From Nitrososphaeria archaeon (GTDB taxonomy: Archaea; Thermoproteota; Nitrososphaeria; Conexivisphaerales; UBA164): a DNA stretch of 64,000 bases. Of this stretch, positions 1 through 8,940 are shown in pieces; position 1 is the first letter of the stretch; every line of letters begins with the position of its first letter. The notes beneath the pieces are model-generated. The model saw nothing but the letters and a program-made list of their open reading frames with translations. It was not told the DNA's origin and ran no database searches. The DNA lies in the NCBI GenBank assembly GCA_049976505.1, contig JBMFIC010000001.1:19985-83984 (forward strand), in the 5' to 3' direction. The translations under genes and the position numbers were made by a program.

Positions 1-873
1 GGCCAGAACCCTCATAGCCTCAACAATTTCGCTGTCTTCAACCTTGATCTTGAAGCCGTCGGTTACGCTTATGGAGAAATCGGCAAGAGTAACGTGTATG
101 CCGGATGTTGAGAGATCGTCAACTATGCTGTTCTGCGCGGAAAGGTAGACCCCTACGAGCGCGGGAACCCTTGCCTTGAAGAGCTCTTCAGTGTCCTGAA
201 AACCGGCAAAGAGCATTGAGATCCCTCCGCCCTCGCCTACGCTTATGAATATGTAATCGAAGAAGTTAGGCTTCTTTTCAAAAATCTCATATGAAAGGGT
301 CTTGAGCCCCGTCAAAAAGTACGAGTCCATCTCCCCGCTGACATGCGCGCTGGGCGGAAGTACCTCAGGCAGCTGTCCCTTTACCAGCTTAGCTCCGTAT
401 GCCAGCGTCTGATAAAGCTTGCCCAGGCTCTTGATTTCGCTGTAATAGAGGCTACATCCCAGCCCCGCTCTCACAGCGTATGCCGCCAGTGAGGCCCCAA
501 CGTTCCCCCTGGACTCGCAGTGTATCTCCTTTTTGCCGTAGCTCGCTGCATAGCTGATAGCTACGGCTGAGCCCCTGTCGAGATACGATCCAGTTGGATT
601 GATAGACTCATTCTTTATGTAAAGATCAACCCCAAGCAGGCTACTTAGCCTGTTAGCCCTTATTAAAGGGGTGTTGCCTTCTCCAAGCGTCACTTTAGTG
701 GGAAAGTCTGGCAGCATGGAGGCGTAGCGCCATATTCCGTCGTTCTCCGAGGCTAGCTGCTTCATGTCGCTGATTGCAGTAAAGTTATCTGGGACAAACG
801 CGGTTACAGATCCGCATATTTCACATGTCCCGGGCTCTCTCTGCTTGTGGCCACATCTGTAGCATTTAAACAT
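1..873 (-). CDS. Threonine-synthase-family protein (PLP fold type II) with N-terminal zinc ribbon; the 3' end runs off the window edge; atypical active site
   Basis: Not in the ORF track because it is edge-truncated. Hand translation from ATG at 873-871 gives MFKCYRCGHKQREPGTCEICG..IWRYASMLP..GEGNTPL..ESINPTGSYLDRG..GNVGASLAAY..YGAKLV. This is collinear with archaeal ThrC, but the Lys of the NPTGSFKDRG motif is Leu here. Confidence 0.7.
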   Translation of the reverse strand, partial: MFKCYRCGHKQREPGTCEICGSVTAFVPDNFTAISDMKQLASENDGIWRYASMLPDFPTKVTLGEGNTPLIRANRLSSLLGVDLYIKNESINPTGSYLDRGSAVAISYAASYGKKEIHCESRGNVGASLAAYAVRAGLGCSLYYSEIKSLGKLYQTLAYGAKLVKGQLPEVLPPSAHVSGEMDSYFLTGLKTLSYEIFEKKPNFFDYIFISVGEGGGISMLFAGFQDTEELFKARVPALVGVYLSAQNSIVDDLSTSGIHVTLADFSISVTDGFKIKVEDSEIVEAMRVLA

Positions 874-970
874 AGTATGATTAAATTTATCTATCTTTAA
901 TAAATAAACTTATACTTAAATAATCTAGTGGAAAAGAAGAATTAAATATATCCACCACGTGATAGATCCT

Positions 971-1636
971 ATGAACAGAGAAGAGCTCGCCAAATACATT
1001 GATCACACGCAGCTGAATCCTGCCGCAAGCGAGTCGGATATCTTTAAGCTGGTTGAAGAAGCGAAGAGGTACAAATTCTACTCGGTTGTGGTAAATCCCT
1101 ACTACGTAAAGCTCGCTAAGGAGCTGGTGAAGGGCACAGACATAAAGGTAGTCAGCGTGGTGGGTTTCCCGTTCGGAGCTACGTACAAGGAAGTGAAGGC
1201 CTATGAAACGGAGCTCGTGATTAAGGACGGGGCTGACGAAATAGACATGGTCATGAACATTTCAGCCGCCAAATCCGGAAGATGGGATGTGGTAAAGGAT
1301 GACATTAAGGCAGTTAACGATGTAGTAAAGAAGCACGGAAAGATCCTGAAGGTCATACTTGAGACAGGATATCTGACCGATGAAGAAAAGATAAAGGCCT
1401 GTGAGGTTGCGGTGGAGGCAGGTGCTGACTTTGTAAAGACATCGACAGGCTACGGAAAAGGCGGAGCAATGGTCCATGACGTTGAGCTTATGTACAGAAC
1501 AGTGAAGGGGAGGGCAAAGGTCAAAGCCGCAGGAGGAATGCATGATGCTAACGCCGCCCTGGCAATGATAAAGGCAGGAGCGTCAAGGATTGGTGCCAGC
1601 CACAGCGTGGAGATTATAGAATCGTTAAAAGAGTGA
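971..1636 (+). CDS. deoC: Deoxyribose-phosphate aldolase
   Basis: IDHTQLNP.., VKTSTGYG (Schiff-base Lys region) and a length of ~220 aa fit DeoC. The ORF opens at GTG 959; ATG 971 (MNREEL) is preferred. Confidence 0.85.
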   Translation: MNREELAKYIDHTQLNPAASESDIFKLVEEAKRYKFYSVVVNPYYVKLAKELVKGTDIKVVSVVGFPFGATYKEVKAYETELVIKDGADEIDMVMNISAAKSGRWDVVKDDIKAVNDVVKKHGKILKVILETGYLTDEEKIKACEVAVEAGADFVKTSTGYGKGGAMVHDVELMYRTVKGRAKVKAAGGMHDANAALAMIKAGASRIGASHSVEIIESLKE

Positions 1637-1690
1637 GTTCAGTTTTCTCTTTATCTAAAATTTTATAATGTTCTTAGCTCAAAGCTTGCC

Positions 1691-2506
1691 GTGCTTAGGC
1701 CTGTAGTGATAAAAGTAGGCACCTCCGTGCTTGAGCTTAACGGAGGTCTCAACGTTGAGGCCCTCAGACGTATAGCTAGGGAAATAAGCGAGTCGATGCT
1801 GGGTCAGGGCATCAGGACGGTCCTTGTGACAAGCGGAGCGATTCTTACCGGTCTCGATGCCCTGGGCATAAGGAAGAAGCCGAGCGAGCTGACCCTAAGA
1901 GAAAAGCAGATGACGGCCGCAGTGGGTCAGCCTCTTCTTATGAAGGAGTACATAGAGGCGTTCGGGAAGCATGGGATAAAGGTGGCTCAGATCCTTGTCA
2001 CTGAAGAGGACTTCACAATTAGAACCAGCTTCATGAACTTCATAAGGACAACAAAAGCCCTTCTCTCACAGGGCATCTTGCCAATAATAAATGAAAACGA
2101 TGCGGTTTCGGTGAGGGAGCTCGTTAACGTGTTTAACGTAAGCAGCATGGTTAGATTTGGCGATAACGATCGCCTTTCCGCAATAATCTCGTCAAGCATA
2201 CGTGCTTCAAGGCTGATAATACTTACAGACGTCGACGGCATACTGGATGTCGAAAACAGGCTAATAAAAGAGACAGACTGCGTAACGCTTGAGAAGCTGA
2301 CGAAGAGACTTTCTGGCAGAAGCGCATACGGGAGGGGTGGTATAAGATCGAAGATTGAGGCCGCCTGCTTTGCGGCCTCAAGAGGCATACCGGTAAACAT
2401 CATTAATGGAAAGGTCGAGGGAAATCTTCGCGCTGCCCTAAGGGGTGAAAATGCCGGAACTCTGATCAGGCCCATGAAAGCGGCGCTGACGACAAAAACG
2501 TTTTAA
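1691..2506 (+). CDS. Glutamate-5-kinase-like amino-acid kinase, no PUA domain
   Basis: The ProB motifs are collinear: VIKVGTSVL, VTSGAI, AAVGQ, INENDAVS, FGDNDRLSA, LTDVDGI. At 271 aa it is only the kinase domain. The carbamate-kinase GNGPQVG motif is absent. Confidence 0.75.
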   Translation: MLRPVVIKVGTSVLELNGGLNVEALRRIAREISESMLGQGIRTVLVTSGAILTGLDALGIRKKPSELTLREKQMTAAVGQPLLMKEYIEAFGKHGIKVAQILVTEEDFTIRTSFMNFIRTTKALLSQGILPIINENDAVSVRELVNVFNVSSMVRFGDNDRLSAIISSSIRASRLIILTDVDGILDVENRLIKETDCVTLEKLTKRLSGRSAYGRGGIRSKIEAACFAASRGIPVNIINGKVEGNLRAALRGENAGTLIRPMKAALTTKTF

Positions 2507-2537
2507 ATATCAAAGTTTACCCTATTAGCGAGAGAAA

Positions 2538-3563
2538 ATGGCTATATATGATTTACACGGAAAGGACCTGATTTCAACTCAGGAATGGAGCAGGGAGGAG
2601 CTCGAGTTCACGATCGAGTTCGCAAAGGACATCAAGAGGTGGAAGTACGCAGGATACGTTCCTGAGCTGTTCAAGAACAGGACATTCTTTATGCTGTTCT
2701 ACAACACGAGCACGAGGACCAGGGCATCATTTGAGGCTGCTGCAACGCTCCTCGGAGGTCATGCCCAGTTCATAGACTTCAAGACAACAAGGGGAGCCGA
2801 GGGGGAGTCAATAGCGGACATAGCTCACATGTACGAGAGGCTGGGGCATGCTCTCGGAATTAGGATACTGGAAGATGCAGTCGACTACGTTTATGGAGCA
2901 GGAAACAAGGTGATCAGGGAGTACGCCAAGCACGCCAAGATCCCCGTAATAAACATGGCAGACGACATGTTCCACCCAACGCAGGCAATTGCTGACATGA
3001 TGACCATAGATGAAAAGTTCTACGGTCACTATGAGAAGAAAAAGTATGTGATAATGTGGGCCTACAGCACCCATAACAGGAGCTGGGGAAGCGTGCAGGA
3101 CGAGATGCTGATTGCAACGAAGTTCGGAATGGACGTGGTCATGGCCTATCCTGAGGGATTTGATCTAGACGAAAACCTGATGAACCAGGCAAAGGCAAAC
3201 GCCGAGGAAATGGGTGGCTCGTTCGAGGTTACGCACGACCTCAAGTCAGCTCTTGAGGGCGCGCACGTGGTCTTCCCAAGAAGCTGGGTCAGCCACGCCG
3301 CAACCATGGTGGGCCTTAACAGGTTCGGCAAGGAGAAGGAGATAGAAATTCACAACAAGTACAAGGACTGGAAGCTTACTAAGTCGCTAGTTGACCTTAT
3401 GGACAAGAAGGCAATAGTAACGCACGTGCTTCCAGTGTTCAGGGGCGAAGAAGCCGACGACGACGTTATGGATGGCCCACACAGCGTAATATACGACCAG
3501 GCAGAGAACCTCCTGTACGTGAGAGCTGCTGTGCTGGCTCTCCTCGCTGGAAACGTCTATTAA
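2538..3563 (+). CDS. YgeW-like (knotted) carbamoyltransferase of the ATCase/OTCase family
   Basis: STRTR and HPTQ carbamoyl-phosphate motifs and HVLP are present. The central block WAYS..SWGSVQDEMLIATKFGMDVVMAYPEGFDL...GGSF resembles E. coli YgeW as I recall it more than it resembles OTC or ATC. Confidence 0.75.
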   Translation: MAIYDLHGKDLISTQEWSREELEFTIEFAKDIKRWKYAGYVPELFKNRTFFMLFYNTSTRTRASFEAAATLLGGHAQFIDFKTTRGAEGESIADIAHMYERLGHALGIRILEDAVDYVYGAGNKVIREYAKHAKIPVINMADDMFHPTQAIADMMTIDEKFYGHYEKKKYVIMWAYSTHNRSWGSVQDEMLIATKFGMDVVMAYPEGFDLDENLMNQAKANAEEMGGSFEVTHDLKSALEGAHVVFPRSWVSHAATMVGLNRFGKEKEIEIHNKYKDWKLTKSLVDLMDKKAIVTHVLPVFRGEEADDDVMDGPHSVIYDQAENLLYVRAAVLALLAGNVY

Positions 3564-3611
3564 GTTACCGCCTTCAATAACTTTATTTTTCTGTTGTTTT
3601 CATTTAGGCTT

Positions 3612-4385
3612 ATGTATACGATCAGAAAAGTCTTTATCATAAACATAGGAACGGAGCTCCTTATAGGGAGAACGCTAAATGGAAACCTTCTCTGGCTGGG
3701 CTCGAGAATATATGATAGAGGAGGCGAAGTCGTTGGTTCTATAACTGTACATGACAGATACGATGATATACATTATGCGCTTGGCTGTGCCACGGCAAGA
3801 AGCCCAGATGCCATAATAACGACTGGCGGACTTGGCCCAACGTATGACGACATAACTATGGATGCGGTTGCAAGATGGCTGGGGAGAAAGCTGGTTCTGA
3901 ACCCAGACGCCCTTGACTTTATGCAGAGGCTAAGGCCTCCGGCAAGCGAGGAGTCCAAAAAGGCCTACGAAAAGATGGCCATGCTGCCAGAGGGCTCCAT
4001 GCCCCTTTTTAATTACGTTGGAGCAGCCCCAGGTGCTATAGTAAGCTATGGAGAAACGAGAATTTTCGTGCTTCCGGGAGTCCCTGCCGAAATGAGGGAC
4101 ATGTTTCAGAGATACATCGAGCCATTTCTGGGAAGCTATGGGGCCAGAGGAATCGTGAGCCTAATCCGGGGCATCTATGAGGCGCAGATCTCCCCGCTTA
4201 TCGCGAAGATAGCAAAGGAACATCCAGAGGTTTACATAAAGTCCCACCCAGGAATGGAGGCAGGTAGATCTGTATTGAGGGTGGAGATCTGGACCCAGAG
4301 CGGAAATGCCGATCTGGAGAAGCTGTACAAGGAGATCGAGGAATACGTTAGGGCTCATAACGGCGAGATAGAAAGAACGGCTTAG
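3612..4385 (+). CDS. CinA-N-like / MoCF-biosynthesis (MoaB-Mog fold) domain protein, COG1058-like
   Basis: IINIGTELLIGRTLN and TTGGLGPTYDDIT are typical of CinA N-terminal domain proteins. ATG 3612 is preferred over TTG 3594. Confidence 0.65.
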   Translation: MYTIRKVFIINIGTELLIGRTLNGNLLWLGSRIYDRGGEVVGSITVHDRYDDIHYALGCATARSPDAIITTGGLGPTYDDITMDAVARWLGRKLVLNPDALDFMQRLRPPASEESKKAYEKMAMLPEGSMPLFNYVGAAPGAIVSYGETRIFVLPGVPAEMRDMFQRYIEPFLGSYGARGIVSLIRGIYEAQISPLIAKIAKEHPEVYIKSHPGMEAGRSVLRVEIWTQSGNADLEKLYKEIEEYVRAHNGEIERTA

Positions 4386-4756
4386 CCCTTTACAAAAAGG
4401 CCGTCAGCGGAAATTCCCAGCCTTTTGGCCTTCTCCTCCTCTTCCGACCTGTTTCTGAGTCCATCTGGGAGCAGCTCCGGAATACCGTCGAGAATGGGGA
4501 ACCATCTTCTGCATCCTCTGCAGACAAGATAGCCTTCAACTATGGAGATGCGCATGCAGTCATCGCATGGGGCGCTTTCAAGATCCTTAACCTGTCTGTT
4601 GAGGAGACCGCAGTAAATCTCGCATTTTGGCTTTGAGCGCTCCTTGAGCTCCACTTCGTTTTTCTTTACCACGTGCAGCTCAAGCGGGAAGCTTCTGCAA
4701 ACAGGACAGGCCAGGACATCAAGAAGCCTGTATCTCATGAAGCCAATTAGCTCCAT
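4382..4756 (-). CDS. Trm112-like zinc-ribbon protein
   Basis: LLDVLACPVC...LVCRGCRRWFPILDGIPELLP is the Trm112/DUF343 signature. It overlaps the 3' end of the convergent CinA-like gene by 4 nt. Confidence 0.6.
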   Translation of the reverse strand: MELIGFMRYRLLDVLACPVCRSFPLELHVVKKNEVELKERSKPKCEIYCGLLNRQVKDLESAPCDDCMRISIVEGYLVCRGCRRWFPILDGIPELLPDGLRNRSEEEEKAKRLGISADGLFVKG

Positions 4757-4798
4757 GCTGTTTAAAAAGCTTTAATAAATTAACTATGAATACTTATT

Positions 4799-6106
4799 AT
4801 GCAAAGGGATAGCACGGTCTCCGTCTTTGGGCTGGGCAGGGTAGGGTCTGCGCTTGCGGCTGTCCTTCTGAGGAACGGCTACGAAGTTGTGGGCGTTGAC
4901 GTTGACTCCGATAAAATAAGAAGGATAATGGCCAGGGAGAAGGTCTTCCCACTGGAGCCAGGGGTTGATGACGCTTTCAGGAAGGCCCTAGATGAAGGGA
5001 GGTTTACTGCCACAAGCGATGGAAAATATGGAAGCTCGATTTCAAGATTCAAAATACTAACGGTCCCGGTTCCTCTTGTCCTGAAGACGCCCGAGCTGAC
5101 GAACATCAGACAGGCAGCCGAGGCCATCGCGGGAGGGATGCAGCGTGGTGATGTTGTGATAGTTGAATCAAGCGTTCCCCCTGGAACAACTCGCAACGTA
5201 GTATCCCAGATCTTAACTGAAAAGACGGGGCTGTTGCCCGAGCAGGATTATTACATTGGATACAGCCCAGAGAGGATTTACGAGGGAAGAGCCATAGCGG
5301 ACATTGAGGAAAATTATCCTAAGGTGGTCTCCGGTTATGGGCCAAAAAGCCTGGAGGTTATATCGGAGTTCTATGGCAGGTTCGTTAAGAAAGGGGTTAT
5401 AAGGATGTCAAGCCTTGAGGCGGCTGAGCTTGAAAAGCTAGCTGAGGGTCTCTATAGGGACATCAACATCGCTCTGGCAAACGAGCTCGCGCTCTTTGCC
5501 CAGAGGCTGAACGTTGACTTCTGGGAGGTGAGGCATGCCGCCAACTCCCAGCCATACTCGAACATACATAAGCCTGGCGCCGGAGTAGGCGGCAACTGCA
5601 TTCCGGTGTATCCATACTACGTTCTGTACACAGCAAACAGGCTAGGGTACCAGTTCAGGCTTGTTGAAGTGGCAAGACAGATAAACGAAAGAATGCCTCT
5701 GGTTGTGGTGAGCAACTTCGTTGAGCTCTTCATAATAAACAAAAAGCCTCTGAGGAACGTCGCAATCCTTGGGCTCGCGTTCAGGGGCGACGTGGACGAT
5801 GACAGGCTTTCGCCTGCTTATGACATAATCGACAGGCTGAGGATGCTGAACGTGAACGTGAAGGTTCATGACCCCTACGTGAAGAAACCCAGCAGAGGTG
5901 ATGTGCAGGTAACTGACGATCTAGCTGAGGCAATGGCAAAGGTTGATGGGGTCCTTATAGTAACTGATCACACGGTTTACAAGGACCTGGATTATGAAAA
6001 GATCTCCAGGCTTTCCGGAAGTGATCCCATAGTGTATGACGCGAGAGGAATACTTTACGGCAAACCAAAAATATACGTGATAGGAACAGGTTATAAGGGC
6101 CCGTAG
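4799..6106 (+). CDS. Nucleotide-sugar dehydrogenase (UDP-glucose / UDP-ManNAc dehydrogenase family)
   Basis: N-terminal Rossmann motif VFGLGRVGSALA, the catalytic-Cys region GVGGNCIP, and a 435 aa length. The stop codon lies inside the following tRNA gene. Confidence 0.85.
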   Translation: MQRDSTVSVFGLGRVGSALAAVLLRNGYEVVGVDVDSDKIRRIMAREKVFPLEPGVDDAFRKALDEGRFTATSDGKYGSSISRFKILTVPVPLVLKTPELTNIRQAAEAIAGGMQRGDVVIVESSVPPGTTRNVVSQILTEKTGLLPEQDYYIGYSPERIYEGRAIADIEENYPKVVSGYGPKSLEVISEFYGRFVKKGVIRMSSLEAAELEKLAEGLYRDINIALANELALFAQRLNVDFWEVRHAANSQPYSNIHKPGAGVGGNCIPVYPYYVLYTANRLGYQFRLVEVARQINERMPLVVVSNFVELFIINKKPLRNVAILGLAFRGDVDDDRLSPAYDIIDRLRMLNVNVKVHDPYVKKPSRGDVQVTDDLAEAMAKVDGVLIVTDHTVYKDLDYEKISRLSGSDPIVYDARGILYGKPKIYVIGTGYKGP

Positions 6107-6171
6107 CTCAGCCAGGATAGAGCGTCGGCCTGCGGAGCCGGAGGTCGCGGGTTCGAATCCCGCCGGGCCCG
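6097..6171 (+). tRNA. tRNA-Arg (anticodon GCG)
   Basis: Hand-folded cloverleaf: acceptor GGGCCCG/CGGGCCC, anticodon stem TCGGC/GCCGG with loop CTGCGGA, T arm GCGGG-TTCGAAT-CCCGC. Length is 75 nt. Confidence 0.9.
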
Positions 6172-6443
6172 TTATGGTTTAATTTTGCAATGATATACTT
6201 TAAAGCAGCACAGGCAGTTTGGCAAGATCTTAAACAGAAACAATTTTTAGCCTAATGCTGTGGTTAGAACTGCCCAGATGAGATGAAGCAAGTCAATTGA
6301 ACGCCCAAAACCGCTCAGGGCATTCCTGTATACATAAGTAATTTGGATTTAATCTAAGTTTGTAGTGCTGAACGTATTCGTGGCACTTTTAACAGCTATT
6401 TTTAAAACAATCAGTTTAAGTTTGATCCAGTAATTGGTTTTGC

Positions 6444-7799
6444 ATGCGTGAGGTCTATGACGTTATAATAATAGGAGGGGGCGTTTCTGGCCTAACTTTG
6501 GCTTACGCATTAAAAGACGATTTTGACGTATGTCTTATAGAGGGGAATGAAATTGGAGGAAAAATTCTGACTGCCACCATTTTTGGACGCAACGTGGAGC
6601 TAGGTCCAGAAGAAATAATCAGGACAAAACAGGTAGATGAGCTCATAAAGGATCTCGGACTGGCCGACAGAATCGTTGAGCCAAGAACGACCTCGTTCTC
6701 TGTGATAAGAGATGGTAGGTTCTTCTTTGTCCCCCCAGGGGTTGCAGGCGGCGTCTTCAGGCCCAGCCTTAAGATGCTGCGGTCGATCCTGGATGGGCTC
6801 TTTGACCTCTCAACCCTTATCAGCATCCTCCGTGAGCCCTTAAAAGGCATAACCATAAGCCAGGACGTTTCTGTAAAGGAGCTGTTTACAGCCATTTACG
6901 GCGATGGCTTTGTTAAAGATTTCTTTGAGGCTGTAGCTGGAGGCATCTATGCCGGGGATATATCAGAGATGAGCTCTGAGGTCTACTTCCCATATATTCT
7001 TCAAATTAAGAAGAACGGGGGCAGCGTTCTCAGGAACATGATTAAGAAAGAGCTTGGATTTGAGCTGTTCTCGATTTCTGGCGGAATAAACCTTTTGGTA
7101 AACAGGCTAAGAGAAAGGATCTCTGCTAGGGCAGATATAGTTTACGCTTATGCCAGAGCCGTAGAAGCTGAAGGTGAATCCTACATCGTCAGCAACGGGG
7201 GGAGCATATGTAGGGGAAGGACGCTCGCCCTGACGGTTCCGCCATATCAGGCGCCATTTGTTAGGGGCTACAGCGACAAGCTGATGCGAGCGAAGAGCTA
7301 CATAAAAAGCTCCAACGTAGCCGTTATAGTTGAGGTGTACCCTAAAATGCCTCCCTATTATCGTGAGATCTCCGGAGCGCTGACTTTTCCGCAGGTCTAC
7401 GGCGTTAGCGGTCTAACCTACTACGATACAAAGTGGGCTACCAGCTCGAGCGATGATTTATACACCGTAAAGTACTTCGTTCCCTTTAACAGTCATCTAG
7501 ATGAGGAGGCTGCGCTTAAGCGCGTCAGGATGTTCAGGAATAAGGTCCTGAGGATACACAGACCGCTACATTCAGTGGTCAAGATATGGACGGAGGCAAT
7601 GCCAACCTACGCTGTTGGATCCAGGGCGGTGCTTCACGAAATTGGCAAAGCAGCTATGAGCAAGGGAATGTTCTTAGGTGGTCCGTGGATGCTCTCAACA
7701 GGAATAGCCTCCTCCATAGGAAACGCAATGAAGCTCTCCCACGAAATCAAACAGTACTTTAATGAATCATCAGCTGATCAGAATGCAAGCTGGGTCTGA
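6444..7799 (+). CDS. FAD-dependent oxidoreductase, protoporphyrinogen/coproporphyrinogen oxidase (HemY/CgoX)-like
   Basis: The dinucleotide-binding start YDVIIIGGGVSGLTLAYAL..EGNEIGGK and ..ELGPE.. fit the HemY/amine-oxidase superfamily. The length is 451 aa. Confidence 0.6.
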   Translation: MREVYDVIIIGGGVSGLTLAYALKDDFDVCLIEGNEIGGKILTATIFGRNVELGPEEIIRTKQVDELIKDLGLADRIVEPRTTSFSVIRDGRFFFVPPGVAGGVFRPSLKMLRSILDGLFDLSTLISILREPLKGITISQDVSVKELFTAIYGDGFVKDFFEAVAGGIYAGDISEMSSEVYFPYILQIKKNGGSVLRNMIKKELGFELFSISGGINLLVNRLRERISARADIVYAYARAVEAEGESYIVSNGGSICRGRTLALTVPPYQAPFVRGYSDKLMRAKSYIKSSNVAVIVEVYPKMPPYYREISGALTFPQVYGVSGLTYYDTKWATSSSDDLYTVKYFVPFNSHLDEEAALKRVRMFRNKVLRIHRPLHSVVKIWTEAMPTYAVGSRAVLHEIGKAAMSKGMFLGGPWMLSTGIASSIGNAMKLSHEIKQYFNESSADQNASWV

Positions 7800-8864
7800 C
7801 TGCAGTGGATCCCTGAAGTAGAAAAACGCGCGAGACCTGCTTCCTCCACAGTTGTATCTGTATTCGCAAGTCCCACACTTGCCCTTGAAATTTCTAGACC
7901 TGAACTCCTTTAGGAGCTGAGTCTCCCTGTAGACCTTTACAATGCTTTCGCTTCTCACGTTTCCAAGAGGAAGGTTAAGCAGACCGCTGGGGTAAATGTC
8001 CCCGTTGTAAGCCACGAAAATTATTCCGTCCCCGTCGAGCGTGCCATATGGTGATAAAGTGGACTTGGATGATGGAGTATATCCCTCAAGAGCTTTCCTC
8101 AGCTTCAGGTAAAGCGCATCGTCAGCGCTCCTGTTAATGCCTTTCTGCCTTTCCAGAAGAACTCTTCTTATAAATGGGCACTCGACCGTTCTTATGTTAA
8201 CGTCGTAAAATGACGCATCATAAAGGAAGTTGCAGATGGCTTCGTATTCTCTGGGCTCCAAATCAAGGTTTACAAACGCCCTTCCTACTGGAACCACAAA
8301 GAAGACCTCCCAAGTCCTCACGCCCAGATCCTTTACTAGCTTAAAGACCTCGCCGATCCTATCCTTGTTAAGCGACATGACGGTCGTGTTCACCTGGACT
8401 TCAAACCCGTAGCTGAGAGCCCTTTTAATGGTCTCAACTGTCTGATCGAAATGTCCTTCAGCGCCCCTGATTGCGTTATGAACCGCGGGCTCGGGCCCAT
8501 CCAAGCTTATTGAGATGTACCTGACTCCTGAGGCCTTTGCCATTTCAAGCGCCTTATCGTTCAGTCTGGCAGAAACTGTGGGAGCAAGCGCAGGCACCAG
8601 GCCCTTTTTATGCGCATATGCTATAAGGTCAAAGATATCCTCACGGATCAACGGGTTTCCGCCAGTAAAAACCAGGACCGGCTTCTTTGAAAAGCTGGAG
8701 ATCTGATCTATAAACTTCTTTGCCTCTTCAGTATTCAGCTCCTCGGAGCTTCTCTGAGTTATTGAAGAAGCCCTGCAGTGGATGCACTTAAGCTCGCATG
8801 CCTGTGTTGTTTCCCAAAACGCTATTATGGGAAAGTCGTCAAACATTGAAAATTTTGTGATCAT
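7770..8864 (-). CDS. Radical SAM / SPASM-domain enzyme
   Basis: CELKCIHC is a CxxxCxxC radical SAM cluster motif. A C-terminal Cys-rich SPASM-like tail follows (CGTCEYRYNCGG...C). It has a 30-nt tail-to-tail overlap with the HemY-like gene. Confidence 0.8.
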   Translation of the reverse strand: MITKFSMFDDFPIIAFWETTQACELKCIHCRASSITQRSSEELNTEEAKKFIDQISSFSKKPVLVFTGGNPLIREDIFDLIAYAHKKGLVPALAPTVSARLNDKALEMAKASGVRYISISLDGPEPAVHNAIRGAEGHFDQTVETIKRALSYGFEVQVNTTVMSLNKDRIGEVFKLVKDLGVRTWEVFFVVPVGRAFVNLDLEPREYEAICNFLYDASFYDVNIRTVECPFIRRVLLERQKGINRSADDALYLKLRKALEGYTPSSKSTLSPYGTLDGDGIIFVAYNGDIYPSGLLNLPLGNVRSESIVKVYRETQLLKEFRSRNFKGKCGTCEYRYNCGGSRSRAFFYFRDPLQSDPACILIS

Positions 8865-8940
8865 CTTCTGATATTAGCATATCTATGCTTTTTAGAAAAG
8901 TATTAAAAGGCGAAAATTCGGTATTGTTTGCAGGAATCGA

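Noticed and set aside
6270-6375. C-box-like GATGAGATGAAG and a distal CTGA
   Set aside because: The boxes are imperfect and ~90 nt apart, which is incompatible with the ~50-60 nt archaeal C/D sRNA architecture.
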